64,000 nucleotides of DNA from a bacterium (GTDB lineage: Bacteria > Zixibacteria > MSB-5A5 > GN15 > FEB-12): contig JBDRNJ010000024.1 of NCBI GenBank assembly GCA_043811375.1, forward strand, positions 32,001 to 96,000, written 5' to 3'. The notes under the pieces are model-generated. The model was not told the DNA's origin, searched no databases, and was given only the letters and a program-made list of their open reading frames with translations. The translations under genes and the position numbers were made by a program. How positions within the stretch are numbered: the first letter of the stretch is position 1; the number at the start of each line of letters is the position of its first letter. Positions 47,822-58,194 of the stretch are shown in pieces.

Positions 47822-49642
47822 TCAGGCCGGTGTTGGTATCGGCTGCCGTCGATGCGGTAGCGTGATTACAAAAGTCGTACCCTCACCCGGCTGTGACCGG
47901 ACTTTCAGAGTCCCCCTGTGCATGTCGATAATCTTACGGGCCAGCGGTAATCCCAGACCGGTGCCTGACGGTCGCGACGAATAAAACGGCGTGAATATCT
48001 TGTCCAGGTTCTCATCAGCTATGCCGCAACCCCGGTCACTAACTACAATATCCAACTCTTCGTCGCGCTGCACCAGTCGGACTTCCACCCGGCCGGGTTG
48101 GTTCTCGTACGAGTTGAGAGCATTCTCCAGTATGTTGGTCAGGGCTTGTTTGAGCAGCAGAGGATCAACTTCAAGTGTTGTTTCAACAGTTTCTTCGATT
48201 ACCAGTTCAATCCGGCTGCTTTCCGGGCGAGCCTGCAGGCCGGTAACCGTCTCGGCGATAAGTTCGTTAATAGACTGCGGCTCAGGTCTGAACGCCAGCG
48301 GCCCCGCAAACTGGAGAAACCGGTTAACCAGTTGTTCGGTCTCCGTAATCTCCCGGGTCAAAGCCGAGATGTTGTCAGTATCCTGACCGGTCTTTTTCAA
48401 TCTCTTTTTCATCAGACCGCAGTAACCGGATATGGCCCCCATCGAGTTGCGTAGTTGGTGAGCCAGACCGGCAGCCATCTCGCCCAGCGCAGCCAGACGA
48501 TTGGAGGTTTCCAATTCCGTTCGCAGCCGGCGCAGTTCTGTCAGGTCATTGATTAGCAGCGAAGCCCCAATCGGCCGACGACCTTCATCACTGATAACCG
48601 ACACCGAAATGCCCAAAACCAGATTTTGCTTGTCTGCAGCCGGGTATTCGATTTCCTGATAGCCGGTTTTTTCACCGCGTGACAGAGTCTGCCGGATGGC
48701 GGCCGCCAGTTGTCCGTCAATTCCTAATGCTTTCGAATACAGTTTCCCCTGAAACTCACTGCTTTCGACGTCAAGGATTTCACCGGCGGCGCGGTTAACC
48801 GACAGGATACGACCCTCCCGATCGATAGTAATGAGACCGGAATTCATCGATGTCAGCAGGAATTGATTGAACTGCTCCAGTGAATCAGCTTTCTTCTGAA
48901 TGATCTTGTTCAGTTTCAGCAGTTCGGTTTCTTTCTCTTTCAGTTCGTCGATGATCTTCTGATAGTCAACAACCATCGCTTCGACATCATCTTCTTCCTC
49001 GCCCACGGACCGACCGGCCGCCCGGGCCTGCTGGCGTATCTTCCGAAAAGGAGAAAAGATAAAGCGCGACAGCAACAGGTAAATGCCGGCTATAGCCAGC
49101 GCCGAAACGGCGGCGATTATCAACGCCATCCGGGCCGAATCATCCAGATAGGCCAGGGTAGTCGAATTCTTCGACACCACCAGCAGGCTCCGCCCGGAGC
49201 CGGCAGTAATTGGTGAGACGAAAAAATATTCGTCATTGTTGCCGCGTGTCAGTGACTTATAATCTGAAGCCAGCAGTTTGCGCGCCAGATCGGGAACCTG
49301 ATGGGAGGGAAGTTCACGCACGATGGCGCTAAACCATCGTCCCCGACCAACCATCGAACTGTCATGCGGCTGGGATGGAATAACCATCACACCGCTCAGA
49401 GCGTACTGGAGCCTGATCTGGCGTTGCTGGGTTTCCGTCAGGGAGAGTGGCACCGTACCCTGAACCATCCGGGTCGCCGCGCGCGCCGCCGAACTGAGAT
49501 CAGTCAGGACATCACGGCGCATTGATTCCCGCGCCCGGTAAATGATGAAATTGGAGGTCAGGTTGAGAAACAGAAGTATGCAGACGATTACCAGCAGTCC
49601 CAGGTGGACTTCCGACTCAAATCTGCGATTCCCCTTCTTCAT
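47822..49642 (-). CDS. Membrane PAS-domain sensor histidine kinase
   Basis: Two TMs, HAMP-like region, PAS (SMNSGLITID..VNRAA), H-box GLAHQLRNSM, N-box NILENA and G-boxes DRGCGI / GTGLGL. Confidence 0.93.
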   Translation of the reverse strand: MKKGNRRFESEVHLGLLVIVCILLFLNLTSNFIIYRARESMRRDVLTDLSSAARAATRMVQGTVPLSLTETQQRQIRLQYALSGVMVIPSQPHDSSMVGRGRWFSAIVRELPSHQVPDLARKLLASDYKSLTRGNNDEYFFVSPITAGSGRSLLVVSKNSTTLAYLDDSARMALIIAAVSALAIAGIYLLLSRFIFSPFRKIRQQARAAGRSVGEEEDDVEAMVVDYQKIIDELKEKETELLKLNKIIQKKADSLEQFNQFLLTSMNSGLITIDREGRILSVNRAAGEILDVESSEFQGKLYSKALGIDGQLAAAIRQTLSRGEKTGYQEIEYPAADKQNLVLGISVSVISDEGRRPIGASLLINDLTELRRLRTELETSNRLAALGEMAAGLAHQLRNSMGAISGYCGLMKKRLKKTGQDTDNISALTREITETEQLVNRFLQFAGPLAFRPEPQSINELIAETVTGLQARPESSRIELVIEETVETTLEVDPLLLKQALTNILENALNSYENQPGRVEVRLVQRDEELDIVVSDRGCGIADENLDKIFTPFYSSRPSGTGLGLPLARKIIDMHRGTLKVRSQPGEGTTFVITLPHRRQPIPTPA

Positions 49643-49707
49643 GGCTTCATAGATGTTATCGGCAACCGGCCGGTAATCTACAAGTTGACCGACCGCGCCG
49701 TCGCCGG

Positions 49708-50490
49708 TCAGTGCCGACCGACAACGTATTGCAGGTAAAGATCAATCAGATGATCGCCATAGAGGATAGACAGCATCGCCGCTGTCGCTAGGAAAGGCCC
49801 AAAAGGCACTATTCTGGTCTGTCTTACTCGAGCTGAAAATGCCATAATAACCAGCGACACCACCAAACCGATCAGCGCCGACGAAATGAATATCAAAATA
49901 ACCTTCTGCCAGCCCAGAAATGCTCCCAGCATAGCGGCCATCTTGATATCGCCGCCACCCATCGATTCCTTCTTGAACAGCCAGTCTCCCAGCATCGCGA
50001 TAAGATACAACGAGCCGCCACCGGCCAGCACACCCACAACTGCCCACCCGATACCGATACCACCCGGCAACCAGGAGACCGCCAGACCCAGCAACAGCCC
50101 CGGCAACGTGATTACGTCGGGAATAATCTGAAAATCGAGATCTATAAAAAAGATGGCCAGCAGCGCCGAAGTCAGAAAAGCCAGCACCACCAGGTCCGGA
50201 CCAAACCCGGTCTGCAGGTAGAAATAGGCGTACGCCAGGCCGTTAATCAACTCCACCAAGGGATAACGAAGCGATATCTTTTTGGTGCAGGATGCGCACT
50301 TGCCCCGCAGCAGAACAAAGCTGAGCACCGGAACATTGTGATACCACTTGAGTTGTACGCCACAGTGGGGGCAGACCGACCGACCCTTGTGCAAGGGGAT
50401 TTTTCGCGGCAGCCGGTGAATCACCACGTTCAAAAAGGAGCCGATAACCAGACCCAGCAGCCCCGTCCAGATTGTAAACAGAATCTCCAC
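49708..50490 (-). CDS. pilD: Type IV prepilin peptidase / N-methyltransferase
   Basis: GSFLNVVIHRLP, CPHC..CASC, IDL..IIPD, MGGGDIK and PFGPFL. Confidence 0.95.
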   Translation of the reverse strand: MEILFTIWTGLLGLVIGSFLNVVIHRLPRKIPLHKGRSVCPHCGVQLKWYHNVPVLSFVLLRGKCASCTKKISLRYPLVELINGLAYAYFYLQTGFGPDLVVLAFLTSALLAIFFIDLDFQIIPDVITLPGLLLGLAVSWLPGGIGIGWAVVGVLAGGGSLYLIAMLGDWLFKKESMGGGDIKMAAMLGAFLGWQKVILIFISSALIGLVVSLVIMAFSARVRQTRIVPFGPFLATAAMLSILYGDHLIDLYLQYVVGRH

Positions 50491-50518
50491 TTGGTCTTAC
50501 TATCGGAAATATGGTTGT

Positions 50519-51268
50519 CTATCTCAACTCACCGAGGAGATTCATTACCAGCCCGCAGGCGATCGGTCCGGCGGTTTCGGTGCGCAGGATTCTGTCTCCC
50601 AGTGATACCGTCTGAAATCCGGCCCGGATGGCCATCTGCGCCTCCTCCGAAGTGAATCCGGCTTCCGGCCCGACCAGCACGGTTACCCGCCTGACACTCC
50701 CGGAACCGGTTATTTCCCCCAGTGATCGTCCGTTATCACCGGGCTGAAAGATAAGTTGAAAACTCCCGGTGTCGGCCTGTCCGATGAAGTCGCTGTACAT
50801 TGTCGGCGCCGCTATATCGGGACGGTAGCTGCGGCGGCACTGTTTGATCGCCGCCAGCGCCACCCGTTCCAGTCGCCGTGTTCGGGCGGCAATTCGTTTG
50901 TGGTCATCCAGTCTGACCCGCGATTTTTCAGTTATCACCGGCACAAACCGTTTCACTCCCAGCTCGGTACCCGCCTGCACCACGGCATCGAATTTCCCGC
51001 CAACCGACAATCCCGCCGCCAGCGTCAGCACCACTGTCGGTTCTCCAAAACCGCGAATTTCGTGGTGCAGGTTGACTTTCACTTTCTTACGCCCGGCGAT
51101 ACCGGCTATCTCCCCACGATATGCAGTACCGACACCGTTGACCACTATCACGCGGTCACCGAGAGTCAGTCGCATAACCTTGAGACCATGATGGCTTTCG
51201 CGATCAGAAAGAAGCGCCAGGTTATCCTGTATCCGCTCCGGGGGACAATAGAAAATCGGCAGTCCCAT
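50519..51268 (-). CDS. rsmE: 16S rRNA m3U1498 methyltransferase
   Basis: HH..VMRL, TELGV, AIKQC, VGPEAGF and LGDRILRTETA. Confidence 0.94.
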   Translation of the reverse strand: MGLPIFYCPPERIQDNLALLSDRESHHGLKVMRLTLGDRVIVVNGVGTAYRGEIAGIAGRKKVKVNLHHEIRGFGEPTVVLTLAAGLSVGGKFDAVVQAGTELGVKRFVPVITEKSRVRLDDHKRIAARTRRLERVALAAIKQCRRSYRPDIAAPTMYSDFIGQADTGSFQLIFQPGDNGRSLGEITGSGSVRRVTVLVGPEAGFTSEEAQMAIRAGFQTVSLGDRILRTETAGPIACGLVMNLLGELR

Positions 51269-51394
51269 ATTTCAACCTTATTGACGGAGTACGTCGACTA
51301 TTCATTGTCGCACAGAATCCTGAAAGTAAGTGGCCGGGGGCTGCTAACCCTGACCTCAACGTAAGCACGAGATTGGGAAGCATTCACGTCCGGC

Positions 51395-52552
51395 TCACAC
51401 CCCCAGGGACTCTCGGAGCTTGTCGAAAAACGACTTGCTCGCCGGCGGCGGCTCGAATGATTCCGATCCGGATAATCGTTTGAGTAATATGCGGTCATCT
51501 TTTGATAGCTTGGTTGGTACCCAGACGACAATGCTGATCAGTTGATCTCCGTGGCCGGAATGATGTAAACGAGGTATCCCGGCGCCGCGCAAACGAAACA
51601 CTTTGCCCGGCTGCGTACCGGGTGGAATTTTGATTGACTGACTGCCGTTCAGCGTCGGCACCGAGACGGTCCCGCCGAGCGCAGCGATGGTAAACGAGAT
51701 GGGCTGCTCGCAAATGATATTATCACCCCGCCGTGTGAAACGCTCGTGTTCAGTTTCCTCAAAAACCGCAATCAGGTCGCCGGGTTCGCCCCGGTGAGGA
51801 GCCGCATTACCCATATCATTGATGGTCATGTAATTGCCGCTGGAGACACCGGGTGGAATTTTAATCTGGACCGTGCTGGTGCCGTGCACCCGGCCTTCGC
51901 CGCCGCACTGGAGACAGGGATCGGCGATGACTTCACCTGCGCCGCGACAGACATTGCAGGTGGTTACCTGCTGAACGGTACCCAGAAAGGTTCGCGTCAG
52001 CGTACGCACTTGTCCGGCACCTTTGCACTGGGAACATGTTCGCCGCGATGATCCGGCGGCAACTCCCGAACCACCGCAACCGTCACAGTTTATCAGCCGT
52101 TTGACCCGAACCGATTTCTCCACCCCGGTAGCTATCTCTTCCAGAGTGAGCTTAATCCTGAGGCGCAGGTCTTCTCCCCGACTGCGCCGATGACGACCGC
52201 CGCCGCCCATGCCGAAGAAATCATCAAAAACGGATCCGCCGCCAAAGTCACGCATGAAGGCCCGCAACGCGTCTCCGAGATCAAAGCTCTCAAAACCGCC
52301 AAAACCGAATCCGGCCCCGCCCCGCTGAGAGACACCGGCGTGACCGAACTGGTCGTAGGCCTGACGTTTTTGCGGATCCTTGAGAACCTCGTAAGCCTCT
52401 GTGGCTTCCTTGAATTTCTCCTCAGCCTGCTGGTTGCCCGGGTTACGGTCGGGATGATACTGCATGGCCTGCTTGCGATAAGCCGACTTGACCTGCTGTT
52501 CATCGGCACCCCGGTCGACCCCGAGGACTTCATAGTAGTCACGCTTGGTCAT
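51395..52552 (-). CDS. dnaJ: Chaperone DnaJ
   Basis: J domain with HPD, G/F-rich region and four CxxCxGxG repeats. Confidence 0.97.
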   Translation of the reverse strand: MTKRDYYEVLGVDRGADEQQVKSAYRKQAMQYHPDRNPGNQQAEEKFKEATEAYEVLKDPQKRQAYDQFGHAGVSQRGGAGFGFGGFESFDLGDALRAFMRDFGGGSVFDDFFGMGGGGRHRRSRGEDLRLRIKLTLEEIATGVEKSVRVKRLINCDGCGGSGVAAGSSRRTCSQCKGAGQVRTLTRTFLGTVQQVTTCNVCRGAGEVIADPCLQCGGEGRVHGTSTVQIKIPPGVSSGNYMTINDMGNAAPHRGEPGDLIAVFEETEHERFTRRGDNIICEQPISFTIAALGGTVSVPTLNGSQSIKIPPGTQPGKVFRLRGAGIPRLHHSGHGDQLISIVVWVPTKLSKDDRILLKRLSGSESFEPPPASKSFFDKLRESLGV

Positions 52553-52633
52553 TAAATCCCACCTGATAATCGCACCGGACTCACCCGAAAACGGTCACAC
52601 AGCATTGATCTGCACTCTCCACGGGGATACGAC

Positions 52634-52678
52634 TGCCACTTAAACGTGGCTTGCCACCTAAACGTGGCCTGCCACCTA
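52634..52678. repeat. 2.5 tandem copies of an 18-bp self-complementary unit
   Basis: TGCCACTTAAACGTGGCT / TGCCACCTAAACGTGGCC / TGCCACCTA, overlapping the dnaK stop codon. Confidence 0.9.
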
Positions 52679-54619
52679 CTTCTTGTCGTCGTCGACAACC
52701 TCGAAATCGGCATCAACGGCGCCATCCTTCTTATCCTGACCAGCCTCTCCCCCGGCTTCACCGGTTGCTCCTGTTTCCGGCGTGGGATCACCAGCGGCAC
52801 CCGCCTGGGCACCGGCCGCTTGCGCTTGTTTGTACATCTCTTCGGCCAGCTTGTGTGAAGCTGTCGTCAAAGCCTCACGGGCAGTGTTGATCGCCTCCAG
52901 AGATTCACTTTCAAGGACCTTCCTCATGTTGTCGATCGCTTCCTCGATATTCTTTTTCTCGCCCTCGCCGATCTTGTCACCATGCTCCTTGAGTGTCTTT
53001 TCAGTAGCGTACACCAGTTGATCGGCCTCGTTGCGGGCTTTGATCAATTCGCCTTTCTTCTTGTCTTCCTCGTGGAACTGTTCCCCATCCTTGACTATTT
53101 TATCGATTTCCTGGTCGCTCAGACCGGAGGAAACCTCGATCTTTATCGACTGCTCCTTGCCGGTGGCCAGGTCCTTGGCGCTGACGTGCACGATACCGTT
53201 GGCATCGATGTCAAAACTGACCTCAATCTGAGGAACCCCGCGCGGAGCCGGCGGGATACCGACCAGGTCGAACCGTCCCAGGGTGCGATTATCGATAGCC
53301 ATCTGCCGTTCGCCCTGCAGGACGTGAATCGAAACCGCTGGCTGGTTGTCATCGGCCGTTGAGAAAATTTGCGATTTCTTGGTCGGGATAGTAGTGTTGC
53401 GGTCAATCAGCCGGGTCAGAACTCCGCCTAAAGTCTCGATACCCAGCGAAAGCGGCGTAACGTCCAGAAGCACGATATCCTTCATTTCACCTGACAGAAC
53501 ACCACCCTGAATGGCCGCCCCGATAGCCACCACCTCGTCCGGGTTGACACCCTTGTGCGGTTCCCTGCCGAACAGTTCCTTGGCCAGTTCGATCACCTGG
53601 GGCATCCGTGTCATACCGCCCACCATGACCACCTCGTCGATATCGGACATCGACAGCTTGGCGTCCGCCAAGGCCGCCTTGCACGGCTTCACCGTGCGCT
53701 GGATGAGATGATCGGTGAGTTGTTCCAGTTTTGACCGTGACAGTGTCAGGTCAAGATGTTTCGGACCCGACTGATCGGCCGTTACGAAGGGCAGATTGAT
53801 ATTGGTTTGCAGGGTGCTGGACAGTTCGACCTTGGCTCTCTCCGCTGCTTCCTTCAGCCGCTGCAGGGCCATGCGATCTTTACGCAGATCAATCCCCTGG
53901 GACTTGAGGAATTCCTCGGCTATCCAGTCAATAATAGCCTGGTCGAAATCATCACCGCCCAGGTGGGTGTCACCGTTGGTTGAGCGAACCTCAAAAACAC
54001 CATCGCCGATTTCCAGAATTGAGACGTCAAAGGTGCCGCCGCCCAGATCAAACACTGCTATCTTGGAGTTGCCCTTTTTCTCCAGACCGTAAGCCAGCGA
54101 GGCCGCGGTCGGTTCGTTAATGATACGCAGCACCTCCAGCCCGGCGATCTTCCCGGCATCCTTGGTCGCCTGCCGCTGCGAATCGTTAAAATAGGCCGGG
54201 ACAGTCACTACCGCCTGCTTCACCTCCTGCCCCAGATAGCTCTCGGCCGCCTGCTTCAGCGAATGCAGCACCATCGCCGATATTTCCGGCGGTGAGTAGG
54301 TCTTGCCCTGGATATCAACCAGCACCGCCCCTTTATCATTCTGTGTGACCGTGTAAGGGACGATTTTCTCTTCCGACGATACTTCGCTGACCAGTCGACC
54401 CATAAAACGCTTGATGGAAAACACCGTGTTCTCCGGATTGGTCACCGCCTGTCTCTTGGCGGCCGCACCCACCAGCCGCTCACCATCTTTGGCAAAAGCC
54501 ACCACCGACGGCGTCGTGCGAGCGCCTTCCTGGTTCGGAATGACCGTGGCATCCTTCCCCTCCAGAACCGCCACACACGAGTTGGTCGTGCCCAGATCAA
54601 TACCGATTACTTTTCCCAT
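52676..54619 (-). CDS. dnaK: Chaperone DnaK
   Basis: [32 protein letters not shown] and DADFEVV. Confidence 0.99.
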   Translation of the reverse strand: MGKVIGIDLGTTNSCVAVLEGKDATVIPNQEGARTTPSVVAFAKDGERLVGAAAKRQAVTNPENTVFSIKRFMGRLVSEVSSEEKIVPYTVTQNDKGAVLVDIQGKTYSPPEISAMVLHSLKQAAESYLGQEVKQAVVTVPAYFNDSQRQATKDAGKIAGLEVLRIINEPTAASLAYGLEKKGNSKIAVFDLGGGTFDVSILEIGDGVFEVRSTNGDTHLGGDDFDQAIIDWIAEEFLKSQGIDLRKDRMALQRLKEAAERAKVELSSTLQTNINLPFVTADQSGPKHLDLTLSRSKLEQLTDHLIQRTVKPCKAALADAKLSMSDIDEVVMVGGMTRMPQVIELAKELFGREPHKGVNPDEVVAIGAAIQGGVLSGEMKDIVLLDVTPLSLGIETLGGVLTRLIDRNTTIPTKKSQIFSTADDNQPAVSIHVLQGERQMAIDNRTLGRFDLVGIPPAPRGVPQIEVSFDIDANGIVHVSAKDLATGKEQSIKIEVSSGLSDQEIDKIVKDGEQFHEEDKKKGELIKARNEADQLVYATEKTLKEHGDKIGEGEKKNIEEAIDNMRKVLESESLEAINTAREALTTASHKLAEEMYKQAQAAGAQAGAAGDPTPETGATGEAGGEAGQDKKDGAVDADFEVVDDDKK

Positions 54620-54703
54620 AACAAAACGCTCCTTCTATTGACAGAGAACTCTGCTTTCGTACAAAATCGACAATACCTATACCGGTCGCGATGCCTACTC
54701 CAC

Positions 54704-55366
54704 TCAGTTGTCACCACTGTCGTCCTTCTCATCAGACTCCTCCGGCGAATTCATTACCTTACCCTTGCTGACTCCCACCTTGCTGTGGCGCAACACCCGG
54801 TCGCCCTGCCGGTAGCCCTTGTTTATCTCGATGGCGATCACGTCCTCGGCGAATTCATCGGACCCCACCTGCATCATGGCTTCGTGCAAACCGGGGTCAA
54901 ACGGCCGGCCGACCGCTTCAATCGGCTCGATATTAAACCGACCCAGCAGACCGGTCAACTGCTGGTAGATCATCTCCACACCGTCACGAAAAGCGGCGGT
55001 GTCATCGTGCTCATTGTCGTGCTGCCGGGCTCGTTCAAAACTGTCGATTACATGCAGCAACTCCTGGAAAATACCGTCATTGGCAACGCGAATCACATCG
55101 TCATACTGACGGATCAGGCGCTTCTTGTAATTGTCAAACTCCGCCGCCGAGCGCAGCAGTTTATCTTCCAGTTCCACCACGCGCGAGCGGAGCTTTTCTT
55201 CTTCGGACAACTCCTCCTGTACGGGGATCTGGTCGTTATCGGCAGCGTCCGTCACCTCGTCGTCCGGTGTCTCGCATGTTGGACACTCTTCATCACGATC
55301 GACTTTCTCCTGCTGAGGGTCGTGATTTTCCTCTATGTCCGCGCGGTTTGTTTTTCTCCTGGACAT
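54704..55366 (-). CDS. grpE: Nucleotide exchange factor GrpE
   Basis: AEFDNYKKR, FDPGLHEA and KGY..GDRVLR. Confidence 0.96.
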   Translation of the reverse strand: MSRRKTNRADIEENHDPQQEKVDRDEECPTCETPDDEVTDAADNDQIPVQEELSEEEKLRSRVVELEDKLLRSAAEFDNYKKRLIRQYDDVIRVANDGIFQELLHVIDSFERARQHDNEHDDTAAFRDGVEMIYQQLTGLLGRFNIEPIEAVGRPFDPGLHEAMMQVGSDEFAEDVIAIEINKGYRQGDRVLRHSKVGVSKGKVMNSPEESDEKDDSGDN

Positions 55367-55369
55367 CGT

Positions 55370-56416
55370 CTATGTTTCCCTCTTTCTACCCATGCCCGAC
55401 AGCACTTCTGTAATCGTCCGGGCGGTGTGTTTAACAACCGACACCAGCTTGTTGTACGGCATCCGGGTGGGTCCGATAATCCCGATAGTACCGGAAATCC
55501 TGCCCACTCGATAAGAGGACGTCACCAGCGAACAGTTCATAATGTCACTGAAGCGGTTCTCTCGGCCGATCGTGATCACCAGCCCCTCATCCTGCGTACT
55601 GCCGAGAAACTCCGACAGAACCTTACCGTCCTCCAGCATCTTCACCAGCCCCGATATCCGATCCATATCCGCAAACTCCGGCTGCAGCAACAGATTGTCC
55701 ACGCCGGCCAGATGAATATCCTCCGACCGTTCTTCGGTCCAGATTTTATCTTTGGAATCGACAATCAAATGTACCAGCCGACCGTGACCGGAAACATCCC
55801 GCAGCCGACTGGAAACGGTGTCCCTGATGTGTCCCAGCGTCAATCCGACCAGGCGCTCATTGAGCACCGTCTCAACTTCGCGCAAATCCTTTTCAGAAAT
55901 AGCCGACTCCACCTCCAGAATGACACTGCGCGCCAGTCCGGACTGGACCACCACCACTACCATGATACCGCCCTCTGATACCGGTATCAACTCCAGCCGC
56001 CTCAGGATCCCCTCGTCGAACCTGGGTGCGATACTGACACCCAACTGGTGCGTAATATCACCCAGTACCTTGCACGTCTGGCCCAGAATCTCCTTGAGAC
56101 CGCGACCCTCTTTTAAGATAGCATCACTGATGGCATCCTTCTCACCCGGCGTCAAATCCTCCGGTCGCAGCAGGTAGTCGACATAAACACGATACCCCAG
56201 ATCAGTCGGGACGCGTCCGGCCGAAGTGTGCGGCTGCAGCACCAACCCCATTTCCTCCAGGTCCTGAAGAGTGTTGCGAATAGTCGCCGATGATATCCCC
56301 ATACGAAACTTGTTGGCAATCACCCGCGATCCGACCGGGTCAGCCGACTGAATGTAATAGTCAATCAGATTGTACAGTATCTGCTTTTCGCGGTCGCTCA
56401 GATTCTCAAACGCCAT
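55370..56416 (-). CDS. hrcA: Heat-inducible transcription repressor HrcA
   Basis: PVGS, SSATIRN, QPHTSAGRVPTDLGYR.YVD and IGPTRMPY. Confidence 0.97.
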   Translation of the reverse strand: MAFENLSDREKQILYNLIDYYIQSADPVGSRVIANKFRMGISSATIRNTLQDLEEMGLVLQPHTSAGRVPTDLGYRVYVDYLLRPEDLTPGEKDAISDAILKEGRGLKEILGQTCKVLGDITHQLGVSIAPRFDEGILRRLELIPVSEGGIMVVVVVQSGLARSVILEVESAISEKDLREVETVLNERLVGLTLGHIRDTVSSRLRDVSGHGRLVHLIVDSKDKIWTEERSEDIHLAGVDNLLLQPEFADMDRISGLVKMLEDGKVLSEFLGSTQDEGLVITIGRENRFSDIMNCSLVTSSYRVGRISGTIGIIGPTRMPYNKLVSVVKHTARTITEVLSGMGRKRET

Positions 56417-56537
56417 AACGACTTATCTTTGCTTTGTGCGTAACTGCCATTATGACAGTCATTGTGTCAGTCCGCTTACTAATTAATGGATTTTCAATGC
56501 ATAGTCAAGCTAAAGTGGCAACTGTACTCATTTTTTC

Positions 56538-57302
56538 ATGTGCCGGGTGATCTCGACAATTGATCTTTTATCATCGGAAAATTATATTGTACACATGGGT
56601 TGTTTCCGTCGAGCATTTCAGCACGGCGAAGGCAGATATAGAAGACTTCTTTTGATCGTTCTTATCATCAGCAACTGTCTCATGGCCGGCAGTGCCACCG
56701 CACGTCGTCAGCGCGACGAATCTGATCGCAAAGACAGGAGTTGCAACTGTTTCCGTGGTCGATCCAAGCCGCAGTGCACCTCGTTCTGGCTTACCGAATT
56801 TGGATATCTGTCACGTATGACAGCTTCCCGTCCCTATACGCACAACCGGGAAACGCTGGTAACGTGGGAGTTGGGATACATGCGGAACCTGGGGAACCGC
56901 CATGCTTTCGGCTGGACAATATTCATTCATTCTGGAGACGACCTCCCCTACCGCCTGGGAATAAAACCTCGCTACCGACGCTGGCTGGCGCGTGAGATCG
57001 GGCTTGATATCTCAGCCGGCATCGCCTTTTCCGGCAGCAATCCACAGGTAATACCGGCATATATCGCGCAGACCGGTCTCAGTATTGGCGATTGGTGCTC
57101 GCTGACGGCAATCGTGGAAGTGATACCGTGGGAGAAACGGTTTGTCACTTGCTCAAGCGGCGGCGACCAGAAGGGCACCGAGGTGTCCAGTTATGTCGGC
57201 ATTAATCTGGGTTCCTATCCGGGGACGATACTGACCGTTGCGGTATTTGTCGCCGGTATCATCTCTGCCGGCTCGATGGAGATGGGCACCGGGGGCTGGT
57301 GA
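56538..57302 (+). CDS. Hypothetical exported, possibly outer-membrane, protein
   Basis: ORF divergent from hrcA with a signal-like hydrophobic segment, CNCFRGRSKPQC and a beta-strand-like Gly/aromatic pattern. Start uncertain. Confidence 0.6.
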   Translation: MCRVISTIDLLSSENYIVHMGCFRRAFQHGEGRYRRLLLIVLIISNCLMAGSATARRQRDESDRKDRSCNCFRGRSKPQCTSFWLTEFGYLSRMTASRPYTHNRETLVTWELGYMRNLGNRHAFGWTIFIHSGDDLPYRLGIKPRYRRWLAREIGLDISAGIAFSGSNPQVIPAYIAQTGLSIGDWCSLTAIVEVIPWEKRFVTCSSGGDQKGTEVSSYVGINLGSYPGTILTVAVFVAGIISAGSMEMGTGGW

Positions 57303-57335
57303 GAAGCACGCACAGACAAATCGCTCCCCCATAAC

Positions 57336-57368
57336 AAAAACGGCCACTCTCGTAAAAGAGCGGCCGTT
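57336..57368 (-). terminator. Intrinsic terminator
   Basis: Minus strand AACGGCCGCTCT-TTTACG-AGAGTGGCCGTT-TTT, between convergent genes. Confidence 0.75.
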
Positions 57369-57407
57369 AAGTTGCTTCAGACACTGTCTGCTATAAAGCA
57401 GGACCTC

Positions 57408-58055
57408 CTAATGCTTTTTACCCTTACCCTTGCTTTTGGGTTCCTCTTTTTCTTCCTGTGCGACCAGTTTTTTCGAGGCTTTTTTCGCCTTACCCCGGTT
57501 CTTTTTCACCTCGGAGTTGATCGCGATAAAGCTCTTGCCTTTCTCGCGCATGGTAATGACCTCGTCAGCCGAGTATCCGTAATGCTCGGAGATGAACCTC
57601 AGGTTGACGAAATTAACCACTTCGACGTCGGTGAACCGTATTGCTCCCCAGTCGGCCTTTTTGTGCTTCTTGAAATGTCCGTAAGCCTTGCCGTATGGCG
57701 GACCGGGGGCTCGCTTAACCGGCACATAGAATATCTCGGCGGTCAGACCGAAACGAGCCGTTATCTCCATCCAGGTCCTGCCGCCCAACCGGAGCTTGAT
57801 AATGACATCGGGAGCCACTCCGGCTTGCTGAGCCAGGAAGAAAACCACCGGCAACTCTTCGTCGGGCACTTTACGTTCCCGAACCACGATCACTTGCTTT
57901 TCGGGCACCTTGTAATGTTCCCCGATAGCCAGGTAGAATCCCTTGATGCCGTCCTCCTCGATCGACACGCCGATATCGACACCGGCCCGGCACTGGTTGG
58001 CTGCCGGCCAACAGATGAACAGGGTGACGGCGACAAAAATTGCAATTGCGCGCAT
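57408..58055 (-). CDS. Hypothetical secreted protein
   Basis: GGAGG RBS before MRAIA, signal peptide, GPPYGKAYGH motif and Lys-rich tail. Confidence 0.75.
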   Translation of the reverse strand: MRAIAIFVAVTLFICWPAANQCRAGVDIGVSIEEDGIKGFYLAIGEHYKVPEKQVIVVRERKVPDEELPVVFFLAQQAGVAPDVIIKLRLGGRTWMEITARFGLTAEIFYVPVKRAPGPPYGKAYGHFKKHKKADWGAIRFTDVEVVNFVNLRFISEHYGYSADEVITMREKGKSFIAINSEVKKNRGKAKKASKKLVAQEEKEEPKSKGKGKKH

Positions 58056-58194
58056 ATAGCACCTCCGCATTAGTTGACGATTCCCGGCGGATTCCCCGAT
58101 TAAGGCTGGAGAAACCCTCAGTTACATATTATCGGAAAGATAAGGGGAGATATTGAGAGGTAGTATTAATTGATTACCCTGCAACCAGGTATAC

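Noticed and set aside
52634..52678. Possible CRISPR mini-array or CIRCE
   Set aside because: Units are 18 bp and contiguous with no unique spacers, no cas genes are present, and the sequence does not match CIRCE.
52552..52812. 86-aa ORF with WQATF repeats between dnaK and dnaJ
   Set aside because: An alternate frame overlapping the dnaK 3' end; the peptide repeat is just the 18-bp DNA repeat.
54638..55978. 446-aa plus-strand ORF
   Set aside because: Antisense shadow of grpE/hrcA with no recognisable motifs; expected in GC-rich coding DNA.
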